DNA of 64,000 bases from Macrostomum lignano. Taxonomy: Eukaryota. The notes beneath the pieces are model-generated. The model saw nothing but the letters and a program-made list of their open reading frames with translations. It did no database searches and was not told where the DNA came from. A program made the position numbers and the translations under genes. Of this stretch, positions 38,175-54,700 are shown in pieces. The number at the start of each line of letters is the position of its first letter. Positions within the stretch are counted from its first letter, which is position 1. The DNA is taken from the NCBI GenBank assembly GCA_002269645.1, contig NIVC01001715.1:124001-188000 (forward strand). The letters run 5' to 3'.

Positions 38175-38672
38175 CTTAGCAACTAGGGATCTGGGAGGCT
38201 GGTAGCAACTGAGGATCTGGGAGGCTGGTCCAGCAACTGAGGATCTGGGAGGCTGGTAGCAACTGAGGATCTGGGAGGCTGGTCCAGCAACTGAGGATCT
38301 GGGAGGCTGGTCCAGCAACTGAGGATCTTGGAGGCCGGCCCAGCAACTAGGGATCTGGGAGGCTGGTCCAGCAACTGAGGATCTGGGAGGCTGGTAGCAA
38401 CTGAGGATCTGGGAGGCTGGTCCAGCAACTGGGGATCTGGGAGGCTGGTCCAGCAACTGAGGATCTGGGAGGTTGGCCTAGCAACTGAGGATCTGGGAGG
38501 CTGGCCTAGCAACTGAGGATCCGGGAGGCTGGCTTAGCAACTGAGGATCCGGGAGGCTGGCTTAGCAACTGAGGATCCGGGAGGCTGGCTTAGCAACTGA
38601 GGATCCGGGAGGCTGGCTTAGCAACTGAGGATCTAGGCTTCTAACAAAGGCCCAGCAACTGAGGGTCTGGGA
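38175..38672. repeat. 27-30-bp minisatellite, SMARCB1 intron 2 (same family as 26800-27140)
   Basis: agcaactgaggatctgggaggctgg units. Confidence 0.95.
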
Positions 38673-38715
38673 GCCTCACAGTGTCCCAGCCAGAACAAAA
38701 TTCCGCCAAGCAAAC

Positions 38716-39339
38716 CTGAGCAATAGCCGGTGCAAAAGTCAACGGATTCAAATCCAAATCGTCGCACAGAATCTCGGCAAACTGCTCCAGACTAATCAGC
38801 TGTTCGTGCTTATTCCAGGTGAAACAGTCGCGCAATTTCACACCGTCAAACTCCATGTCGAGTCGAATAGGCACCAGGCACAGGGGCTGGGCAGCATTGT
38901 CTTGCATAGCTTGCGGATCGCTGTCATCGTAGCACAGTGGAAACGTGTGAATCTTAGAGCCGGCTCCCCTGCCGAGCCTGTTCCGGTTGATCGGAGTCGG
39001 GCAGGGCACAGCGTCCAAATGGAAGCTGGTGCTTGGCACTGATGAGGCGGCTGCGCTGGATGCACTTCTAGTGAGATTGGCAATGGAGCCGCTGCTAGTG
39101 GTTGGCGCACTGTCCACAACTGCGTCTCGACTGCCTTCGGGCCGGAATTTGTCAGCTCTGCCAGATAGTAATTCGTCAATTTCGGCAGCTCGAACTAGGA
39201 TAGCGTGAGCCGACGTCACCGGAGTTGATCGGCCCATAGCAACCAGACGCTTGCGCTGCTCTGGCGTTACAACTTTACGCCATAGGCCCGGGTAGCGTTT
39301 GAATAGGGTGCCGCGAAACAGCCGCAGGTAGCTGCCGAT
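38716..39339 (-). CDS. SMARCB1: SMARCB1 exon 2
   Basis: cag|ATC; GSYLRLFRG.LFKRYP.LWR...NRNR.GR....TFPLCYDD..P...LVPIRLDMEFDG.KLRDCFTWNK.E. Confidence 0.96.
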
Positions 39340-41656
39340 CTGTTTGGGAATAGACGGGAACAGGTTTTTAGTAAAGGATGTACACTGGCTATACATGGAT
39401 ATAAAAAAAAAATTTTTTTTAATATTTATCCTTAACTCAATAAGCAATCTTAGTTTTAAAAATATTATATGCTTTATTTTAGAAAAACAAAACAAAACAA
39501 AATATCAAAAAATTGATATATTTGATTAAATAATAATCATTATTTATAATTTATTTAAACATGTTTCAAAACTATTTTCATTATTATCTACTCATTATAT
39601 TTATTGAATTCGTTAAGAAATAAATAACTGGTTTCCCATTTAAGCTTTAAATTTGTACAAAAAAGACATTTAAACAAACAAAAATAAACCCAGCAAACTT
39701 ACTTTATAATATACAATGCCTAAGAATAAATGAACACTTGTTGGACTCAATAAAGAATTTAAGTTGAGCATTTAAAGATTACAAGCTGTTTAAAAACAGT
39801 TTAGTAATCTTTCTTTTGAGAATATAGACTATTTTTTCAAAGAAAATTTTGGTAGAAAACACTTTAGAGAAGTTTTTTAAGTAGAAACAATATAGCTTAG
39901 TAAAATAAATTAACAGTTTTGTAAAAAGCTACTTTAAATAAACATTTGTATCTTCAGATTGATTTACATGTGCCAAATAAAAAGCCAAAAATGTATACAT
40001 GTATGTATATATATATTGTAAAAATGTTTTTTATTATTTCATGCCCTATACCTTAATATATAACAAAACTAATGCTAATCTTTAAAGACTAGAGAATACT
40101 ATATAAGTTAGTGAAGCTAGCAGAACCATATGGTTTAAATATGAAAAAAAAATACTATGCAATTATGATAGATTTCACATCTATTAGGATAAAGCAAAGG
40201 ATATACATGTTTAATAATTAGAAATTCTATGGGTTTTATGCCTTATATGTATATATTGTAAGTAATGTAAGTACATTTAATATATTATCTATATAATAAT
40301 GTATGCTTAAGTCAATGTCAATACAATAGGCCCTAATAGGACTAACTACTAGTTGTAAAAAATGCTTAAGGCATTTCACAAAGCTTACTATAACCATTTC
40401 ATAAATGATTATACTTATTGTTGCTATTATAAGGTTTAGTGTATATCTAATCAGTGCCAATATCTTAAGATCTTATTAGATAATGCATATATAAGCCTCT
40501 AAAAAATTATAATCTTTCAAATTTTACATTGTAGACATAAAAAACACTGACTTAATAACCATCTTAATTAGTCAATATAAAATATTTTCAAATTGCTATG
40601 GAAATGTTCATTCTATGAATGTTTTTGCTAATAAAATGAAGATTTCTACTTTGTTTTAAAAAACCTACAAAACTAAATCATATTATAAGTCAAAACTAAG
40701 TCATAGCTAATATAATTTTAAAGGTTGCATAAATAATGATATTTATATGCTATTAATAAAAGAGATTCTTTGTCTATTATAGCAAAAGCCTATTGAAAAG
40801 GAAATTGACATTAGCAAAATTAGGCCTTGAAGATATTTATAAAAAGCTTGACCAATTATATATATGCAACTAATAGCAAACTTTGCCAATGTAATTTAAA
40901 TAGACCAAAGGTGCATAGCAAAATCAATACCTTTTGACTATTTCTATAGTTAAAAACTTAATTACATGGCTAGTATAACTTCATTAGAGGATATATGTTT
41001 GACCACTTACATATTTATAGTATAATAGATAAAGCAATTTATTACTAGAATATCACTAGTTCAATTCCTAACCCCATTACAGTTTATGTCCTTAAGCAAA
41101 ATACTTAAATTTATACTACTTCAGTTCATCTAGCTATAAAAGACACTAGCATAAAGTAACTAAAAGTAGATATAACAATTTCCTAGCCTAGTCTTTGGAC
41201 TAAAGAGCCATATGTAGCCTTTAAAAGTTCAAGTGTATTGTGCAATAGCTATAAATGTCAAGATTATATCTAAACTAATAAAGCTATTTTGAAAGCCATT
41301 TTATAATAAATATTTTATGCATACAAAAACAATTATGATTCTTACTGATTTCTAATTGCCTAATTAAGTTTTGCATAGCATTTATGTTTGAAGTAGCTAA
41401 AAATTTCTCAAATCTGTGCAAAAAATATTTTAGCATTTTTAAGTAATTTAATAAATAAGACAATAAAGCATGCCAGTTTTTTGTTAAAAAAGGTCTAATC
41501 AAATACTTTTTATTATCTATATGACTATAGGCTTTTTTTCTATGTCTGCCTTAAACTTTAGGCTTTATTATAGTTCTAATATAGAATAAAATATTTTGTA
41601 ATATTATGATTATCATTAATTAGAATTACCCAATATTTAATATGTATTACTTCATA

Positions 41657-41945
41657 CATGTGCAACCTCCAAAATTCGGTCGGCCGTGCGACTTAGTTTT
41701 AACAAAAATGTGACTTAGTTTTTGGCCAAAAATGCGACTTGCCTGTGAAAGAAACCCTAAGACAAAATTAACGCAATTTTGGGTAAATAGTAGGAGTAAC
41801 TATAACTGTCTTATGAGGGCTAAATGCCTCGTCATCTAATTAGTACTACGTCCGTATTCTTTGGGGTGGGCATTTTTGCGACTTACCTTGGTTGGCCGCC
41901 AAATCGGTCGGCCGAATCGGCCGACTCGGCCGACTATTGCGCATG
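41657..41945. mobile_element. Small non-autonomous TIR element (MITE-like) containing a 28S rRNA-like segment
   Basis: Ends catgtgcaa and ttgcgcatg flanked by TA, with subterminal gtcggccg motifs. An alternative 12-bp direct repeat tatgtattactt also flanks it. Confidence 0.6.
41781..41844 (+). other. Degenerate 28S rRNA fragment (helix 69-71, R2 insertion-site region); not an rRNA gene
   Basis: GGGTAAAtagtaGGAGTAACTATaACTgTCTTAtgagggctAAATGCCTCGTCATCTAATTAGT versus canonical GGGTAAACGGCGGGAGTAACTATGACTCTCTTAAGGTAGCCAAATGCCTCGTCATCTAATTAGT. The last 23 nt are exact. Confidence 0.85.
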
Positions 41946-42569
41946 TATGTATTACTTGCTCAAGTATTGATTAAAATTAAATAGTTAGTTAATAAATAAC
42001 CCTATATATTAATTAGACTATGGTTATAACTTATATATTACAATTGTTTGAGGAAAAAACAAAGTCTATATTAAAAATTTTGGCTTTTTATTGATTGTTA
42101 AAAGTAGATTCAATGTCATATTTTTGTGAAAATATTGTCCTTTAAGATTAAATAAGCCAATATGGAATTATTGCAATAAAATTGCAATACATTTTAGCAT
42201 TTTAAAAAAACTAAAAATTGTGCAGTGTATATAATAAAATTAAGGCAATTGTTATTGCTATGGTGACCATATAAATAACAAAACAGTTATTTTTATAGTT
42301 AACGCATAAGACACTATGTGGGCCTATGGTCTTTACTTAATGTAGCCTAACCATATAAATAGCAAAACTGTTATTTTTATGGTCACCATAGGTAGGAAGC
42401 AAAATGGCTATTTTTACAATCATGTGGAAGAAATTTCTATTAAATTACCAGGTAATAGTTAATGATTACCTAAAGTGAATTCCTCGTCTTGGTCTGCTGG
42501 TGGGGGACGGATCCCCCCTGCTGCTTTTTTGCGGGGCAGGTGGCTGCTAAGTAGTTGGCTGCTGGCTAA

Positions 42570-47655
<5,086 letters not shown>

Positions 47656-48226
47656 TCCTTGTGCTCTTTTACCTTGGGGTTGCGATAGGGGCCTCGCGGC
47701 CTATTCGCGGCGCCTGCGCCCCCCGTCAGTAGTAAGTAAGTAAGTAAGTACCTAAAGTGAAGCCACCATGACAAGAACCACTAGAAGTTACTATCATATT
47801 TATTAATAAAACATTTCTTTATTTTTTTAATTTAACCATCATAGTATTTGCATAGCAAGTTTGTCACTCTATTTAGATGGTATTTGTTTTAAGTGTTAAC
47901 CATAAAAATAACCATATCGCGATTTATATAGTCACTGTAACAATAATAACTGCCTGAAATTAAAGACCTATTATAGGCAAAAAAGTAAGAAAAAATATGA
48001 GTTTTTTGTGACTGCTTAGACAAAGCTGCAATGTGATTTCATTCCATGAAATTTTGTTTTGAATTTTAATCACAGTCAACAAAAAATACCAAATTCAAAT
48101 AGAAACAATATTTTCTCCAAAGTAGATTTTTTTAGTTCCTTTTTTTAATGTAGTTTTTGCTAAAAATTGGTTAGAGCCAAGAAAATTTAAAAATTATAGC
48201 ACATAAGCCATATAAAGATTGAAAAT

Positions 48227-48936
48227 TAGGGGTCACAAAATCCCGGATTCTGTCAATCCTGGGATCCTGGGATTAGGAAATGTCAAATCCCAGGATCTTG
48301 GGATTGTCCCAGGATTGATATTTTTCTAGTACCATCCTTGTCGTAACATTGTTATAATGTTATAACAATGCTGCGAATTACTTTTTTTATCACGTGACTA
48401 ACTTGCAAGTAAAAATAAGCAAACACTATGCAAAGCAATATAATGTATATACATGTATTACATACTATGTAGTAGCACTAGCAACATGCACATTGCAAAA
48501 CGAATGCACATGATTCATGGACATGGTCGTGGAGTCGTTGGCTCTTGCCATGAGGCACACTCACAAGGAGTCACAAGGACTCACAGTCACAACACAAGTC
48601 ACAAATCATAACCTACTATCGCCTGGATATTCACATTGTCACTTGTCAGTCTAGAGTCTGGATAGCTCACGACTATGAGTTCAAACTTTAAAATCAAATC
48701 TCAACATTAAATGATTTAAACAAAACAACATTAAAGACCTTACAATGTGGGCAACGGAGAATGGACATGTATGCATATATGTTCCATATTTGAAACAACT
48801 GCCATTTTATGATAAAATACTTGCTATTCTATTAGATATTATAAAAACATAGCATTAACATTCCGGGATTGAATCCTGGGATCCTGGGATCCCAGAAAAA
48901 GCGCTAAATCCTGGGATCCCGGGATTGTGACCCCTA
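48227..48936. mobile_element. Non-autonomous hAT-type MITE
   Basis: TIR taggggtcacaa and ttgtgaccccta; 8-bp TSD ttgaaaat on both sides; subterminal atcc(c/t)gggat repeats; no ORF. Confidence 0.88.
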
Positions 48937-49137
48937 TTGAAAATGCTAAATAAAATTAAAAATAACAATAAAAAACCATACTTCCCATTAGCATAGAACT
49001 TTAAGCCATGGATAGGACCTATTTAGGATAAAAGATTTAGCAAGACTAGAACAAAGAGAAAAATTATGTAAGTAGCTTAGTAGCTATATGTCTAAAAAGG
49101 TTTTGACCAATGTCAGGTAAAAATAATAAAAACCCAC

Positions 49138-49224
49138 CTCAGATGCCAGGTAAAACTGGTCTCCAGAATCGTCCAGCTCAATGGGATCTGGCTTTACGCC
49201 ATAAGTCTGCAGACTCTGCATCAT
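49138..49224 (-). CDS. SMARCB1: SMARCB1 exon 1 (29 codons, 9.8 kb upstream of exon 2; absent from ORF track)
   Basis: MMQSLQTYGVKPDPIELDDSGDQFYLASE|gtgggt aligns with human [31 protein letters not shown] at the same intron position. Total 385 aa. Confidence 0.9.
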
Positions 49225-49842
49225 AAACAATAAGAAAGATTTAGGTTAACTGTCGAAGCAATTCGAATAATTATTAGGCCAAAAACTGCTTTTGACGATT
49301 TATATTTTAGAGTCTAGAGTCTAGACAAGTACTGACTTTAAATGCTAATTTGAAATTCGCATAAAAACTAGTAGCTGGTTGACATTCGATAAAACTTCTG
49401 GCTTTCAAAATTTTGCAACTTCTAAGTTTTATACTAATTCGCAAATTGTTTAGTTATTTTATTATAGAACTGAATAGATCTTAAGCAAAAAAAATTTCCT
49501 GTTACAGTTCGATGACAAATATCCCGTTTAATTTGAAAATTGTTCATTAGAAACTTTAAAGTCTAAACAAAACAGCAATACTTTTCCTAATTTTTTGTTC
49601 TTTTCTGGTACTTTGTCCTTTTACAAAAGTAAAAAACGTTTTTTAATTAAAAATGTTGCGTAACTAATAGCTTTTCAACAGCGTTTGTAGCAGCTGATTT
49701 TATGTACATTTTCAACATCAAATGTTTGAATAAATATTCAGCTGCATTTGCTCCGACTCGTTTTTAAAATACTAAATTTCAGTCTGTTATTTCGGAAATT
49801 TTGGTCAGAACTATTTAAATTCCTTAGTAAGTCTAACTTTAA

Positions 49843-49998
49843 ATGGGTAATTTAATTCGAGCTTGTTTTTCATTCAATCAGAATCGTCGCGACAGTGACC
49901 TAGACTTGATTCCCGATCAAGATTCGTTTGAATCCAGCTCACCTGCTACAGCTGAAGCACTTTTTGTGCAGCCGAACCAAGTTGATGCACAGCCAGCT
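49843..49998 (+). CDS. RNF11: RNF11 exon 1
   Basis: MGN start (Gly2, as in RNF11); donor GCT|gtaagt, phase 0. Confidence 0.75.
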
Positions 49999-50945
49999 GT
50001 AAGTATTATTAGATTACATGCGTTTTTCAGAAATTTGCTTCAGTTTTCCTCTAGTTCCCCTCAGCCTCAGTCCATTAAAGTACAAAAGAGACAAAAGTCA
50101 AGAGTAGGCACATGTTGCATGCATCGTTTGATTTTCGCACCATCATCCATGGGCATGGGATTGGTAATTTCGATATGGACCCCACAATTTAGATTGTTAA
50201 TTTAGATATGGTCTTTAATGTACCTCTAAACTAAATGATGCTGTAATGTATGCTAAGAAATCGAGAAAAATATTGTGAGAGTACGTTACAACTTACATTT
50301 TACATTAGATTTCATTTATTATACAATCTACAATTTTGTCGCGTTACATGTGATGACACCGTGACGTAGGAGCTTATATTTTCATCCGCGATTAAGTGAC
50401 TTCCTTCCTACGAATTGTTTGCTTTGAAAGGCTCCGAAGCAGAAGTTAGAAATTTAGATGCAACCTGCACCTGCTTTCTCTAATGACTCATCTGAAGCCT
50501 GCAGCCCACGTACCTGCCAATTATCTGGTCTGATGGCTGATTTCGTGCGTTCAGCTTCGCCTTTTTTCTTAGCCCCGGCGTTCGAGCGCTTTTTCATTAT
50601 TATTAGTGCAATGCGTCACTTACTGAATTCAGCCCGGTCAGGCCACTGAGCTATTTTTAGACGCGCATTAAACCTTCGTGCGTCAGTCAACTGCTGTTGA
50701 AGCCTTACTAATTGCCTTGATTTTCCTTTTAAAAAGCTACTTGTTTTTGCTATATAGTTTGTCTGCTTAGAGTTTTCAAGTTTAACAGTAAAGTAACTAG
50801 TGAATGAAGTTCATTCTATTTAATTCTGTTTCAAAAGTCAATTGTGTACAAAATTAACGTAGCATTATTAATTTCGTATGCTTTCTTGAAAAAAAACGTC
50901 AACACGTCAACCTTTAATAATTAGTTCTGATTTACCCAACCCCAG

Positions 50946-51118
50946 CAGCAGCAGCAGCAGCAGCAGCCGCCTCTGTACTATTTGGCACCGGGCGTTGGCC
51001 GTCGAGTTGATCAGCTGTCCGAGGAAGAACAGATTAAAATTGCTAAACGAATCGGCCTTATCAGCCACCTGCCTGTTCGATTATTTTCTGAGGCTGCTGA
51101 GCAGGGCAAAAACTATGA
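50946..51118 (+). CDS. RNF11: RNF11 exon 2
   Basis: QLSEEEQIKIAKRIGLISHLP (RNF11 QLTEEEQIRIAQRIGLIQHLP); donor GA|gtgagt. The 5' boundary is ambiguous within a CAG run. Confidence 0.9.
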
Positions 51119-51189
51119 GTGAGTGATGGAGCAGCAGGGAGGTTCCAGTTAGATGCTGCTATATGAGAAGGAAAATTCTGGAGAAAGAA

Positions 51190-51452
51190 AGTTTGATGGA
51201 CATGTATGGAAGGGCGCGTTTGATGAGGATGTTTGATGGCGACGTTTGATGGAGATGTTTGATGGGGATGTTTGATGAGGATGTTTGATGGGGAAGTATG
51301 ATGGGCATGTTTAATGGGGATGTTTGATGGGGGTGTTTGATATGGTTGTTTGATAGGGGCGTTTGATGGAGTTGTTTGATGAGGATGTTTGATGGGAACG
51401 TTTGATTGGCATGTTTAATGGGGATGTTTGATGGGGGTGTTTGATATGGTTG
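51190..51452. repeat. gatgtttgatggg minisatellite, left part (interrupted by the Gypsy element)
   Basis: Continues at 56479-56705. Confidence 0.9.
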
Positions 51453-51662
51453 TGTAAGAGCCGAGAATTTAGGGTTAGTTTACGATGTATATTTTGATGC
51501 ACGATAATTTACGAGCGATTAAATAGTCAGCGATGATATATCGATTAAAGTGACTCACCCAACTGGGGTGGTGGGCATGTACAGAGAAGAAAGCGAGATG
51601 CAAGTACATATACTAATATAGCAGCCCCCACCCCGACGGACCAAACCAAACGCAACCCTACA
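51453..51662 (-). repeat. 3' LTR
   Basis: 210 bp, TG...CA ends, adjacent to the PPT. Confidence 0.95.
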
Positions 51663-51674
51663 TCACTCTCCCCC
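51663..51674 (-). promoter_or_regulatory. Polypurine tract GGGGGAGAGTGA
   Basis: Immediately precedes the 3' LTR. Confidence 0.85.
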
Positions 51675-51770
51675 AAGAAAAATACCTGCGATAAAAAACG
51701 GGATAAAACAAAAACAAACACAAAAAGTTCATGCAACGCGAAAAAAAGTCCCGATCAGAAAGAAAGCACG

Positions 51771-54700
51771 TCAACAGGTCGCCGTGTAAAAATCCGGCCG
51801 CCGACGCTGCCTGCCCGACCGGCGCACCGCGTTGTCGGGTTCAGCCGCGTCCGGGTTGCGCAGCGGCTCCCAGGCGTCCGGGCCGGCCAGCTGGCCCGCG
51901 GCGTCCTCGACGCTCTGACAGTCGTCCTCGGTGGCCGGCTTGGCTGGCGGCCTGTCGCTCAGATTCGGTCGGTCGATAAAGCGCTTCAAGCGGTCGTGGT
52001 GGACCAGCAAGCGGCGCCTGCCGTTCACAGCCTGCAGCCGGTAGTTCACAGGGCTGACCTTCTTAAGTACGATGAACGGGCCGGACCACCGGTTCGACAG
52101 CGACTTGCACTGGCCGCGCTTCATCGCATGGTGCGTCAGCATCACTCGGTCACCGGTCTTGAAGTCGGTAGTCTCTGCCCCTAGGTTGTAGAACTCGTGC
52201 TGCGATTTCTGGGCCGTGTGCAGGTGCGCCCGCACTACCTGAAAGCCGCGCCTGATTCTCGCCTGCAGGTCCGCGCAGTCCTGCGGCTGGTCGCGCTGCC
52301 CACCGAGTGCCAAGTCGACCGGCAGTCTGGGCTCGATGCCGCGTAGCACTTTGAACGGCGACTCGCCCGTGGAGCTGTGCTCAGAGCTGTTGTAGGCCCA
52401 CACGACATAGGGCAGCAGGGCGTCCCAGCTGGCCTGGTTCTCTGAGCAGAATGCGGAGAGCATGTTGCCCAGCGTCCTATTGAACCTCTCGACGTTCCCG
52501 TTGCCGCTGGGGTGGAACGGTGAGGTCCTCGATTTTTCTGCTCCGAGCAGCGCGCAGGTCTGCTTGAAAACTTCGGCCTCGAACTGGCGACCTTGGTCCG
52601 AGTGCACAACCTCCGGAACTCCGTGCCGCAGCACCACGCAGGTCACCAGAGCATCGGCTACCGTCTTGGCGTCGATCTGGCTGAGGGCCGCCGCCTCCAC
52701 CCACTTTGAAAATGTGTCGACAAAGCAGATGATGTAGCGCTTGCCAGACTCGGTGACTGGCAGTGGGCCCTTGATGTCGAGCTGCATGACAGCCCACGGC
52801 TTGGCCGGTAGCGGCTGCCGCACCAGCTCAGCGCGCGCTCGCTTTGGCGCTCCCTTGCGTCGTTGGCAGACCAGGCAGCTCCGCACCCAGTCCCGCACGT
52901 CCTCGCGCATGTCCGGCCACCAGGAACGCTCGCGCAGAGCCCGCAGCACCCGCCGCTGTCCGAGGTGACCCGCGCTCGGCCGGTCGTGCGCCTGTTGCAG
53001 CAGCTCCGCTCTCATGTGCTGGGGGATCACCGGCAACCCGTTGTGGAGCAGTGCGCCGTCCGGTGACAGCGTCAGACAGGGCAGCAGCTTCTGGACCGAC
53101 GCACTCACCGCCGCCGGAACTTGAAAGTTGGGCTGGAGCATCGCGTGCCGAACCGCGTGCAGAACCTGGTCCTGGTCCTGCTCGTCAGGCAGATTTGCGA
53201 TCTGGAACTGCACCGCCGCTGCTCGGCTGAGGGTGTCTGGCACGATGTTCTCCTTGCCGGGCCGGTACAGGATTTCCAGGGGAACTCCTGAATGAGCTGT
53301 AGCCAACGTGCCAGCGACCGGTTGGCTCCTTCGCGTTGAGCAGCCCAGTGATCGGCTTGTGGTCGGTGAACACCTGGATCTTGCAGCTGTTGCTCAGGTA
53401 CATGCGGAACTGCTTGAGGCTCCAAACAATCGCGAGCAGCTCCCGGTCCGTGGTGCTGTAGTTGCGCTCTGCCTTGCTCAGCGTCCGGGAAGCGTAGGCC
53501 ACTGGCAGCTCCTGGCCGTCGCGCTCCTGGCTGAGCACCGCACCCAAGGCCACAGCACTGCTGTCACAGCTGATGACGATAGGCCTGCTGAAGTCGGGCA
53601 GCTGGAGCACCGGGGCCTGGGTCAGCGCGTCCTTCAACTTGTTCAGCACCGCATCATGCTCTGACGTCCACACGAAGCCGCCGCCTGCGCCTTTCTGAGC
53701 CAGGTGATGCAGCGGTTTGGCAATGTCAGAGAAGTTGGGCACAAACCTGCGGTAGAAGCTGAGCATGCCGATGATGCGTCGAACATCCTCCTCAGACTGC
53801 GGCTCCGGCATCCGCCTGATCGCCTCGACCTTCTCCGCGGCAGGTGCGATGCCGCTCTCAGAGACTTGGTGACCCAGGTACGTGACGCTCCGGTAGGCGA
53901 AGAAGCTCTTGCCTGGGTTCAGCTTCAGCTTGGCAGACCGCAGTCGATGCAGCACCTTAGACAGTGACTGAACGTGGTTCTCAAAGTCCCTGTTGAAGAT
54001 GATCAGGTCATCAATGTACGCGATGACCTCCTCCCAGCTCAGGCCGGTCATGATGAGCTCCATCATTCGCTGGTACGTCGCAGGCGCGTTGCACATGCCG
54101 AATCCCATTTTGCGGAATTGCATCAGGCCGCTCGGAGTGTAGAACGCTGTCAACGGCCGATCCTCCTCTCTGACCTCCACCTGAAGGAAGCCTTGGCGCA
54201 TGTCGATCGTAGAGAACCATGAGCAGCCAGCCAAGGAGTCGAGCGCTTGGTGCAAATGCGGCAGCGGGTGGGCGTCCTTCACTGTGAGGTTGTTCAGCGC
54301 CCGCCAGTCAACACAGACTCGGATGTCATTATTCTTCTTTCTGACGATTATCAGGTTGCTCGCCCACGGGCTGGTGGAGGGCTCGATGACGCCGTGTTGT
54401 CGCATCTGCTCCAGCTTCTCGTCCACTTGCCTCCTGAAGGCGTGAGGCACCCGCCGAGGCCGTTGGCGAATCGGGCGAGCACCGTTGTCCAGCTCAATCT
54501 TGTGCTGCGCTGCGCTGCTCGTACCAACGTCGAACTCATGGACTGAGACAACGTCGGCAAATGCCCTCAGCAGCATTACTAAACGGTTGCTGTCCTCCTC
54601 CGGCAGCTCCGGATTGATGTTGAACTGGTCTGCGGGGCCTCGCCACTCGTGCACGTCCTCGTCCTCGTCAATAACCTCCGCGCTCTCGAAGGTGCCGATG

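Noticed and set aside
25125-38512. Repetitive ORFs (SVSV, ITETT, PDPQLL, LESVS, TYLP)
   Set aside because: Microsatellite and minisatellite artefacts.
39340-39495. SMARCB1 N-terminus as given in the ORF track
   Set aside because: Intronic read-through; the true exon 1 is at 49138-49224.
41781-41844. rRNA gene or rDNA locus
   Set aside because: Only 64 bp, mutated, with no flanking rRNA sequence.
42467-42479. LINE targeting the nearby 28S-like fragment
   Set aside because: The insertion is about 620 nt away and its TSD is not rDNA sequence.
50345-50540. Possible intronic C/D snoRNA (TGATGA ... CTGA)
   Set aside because: No terminal stem or recognisable rRNA guide; these boxes are common by chance.
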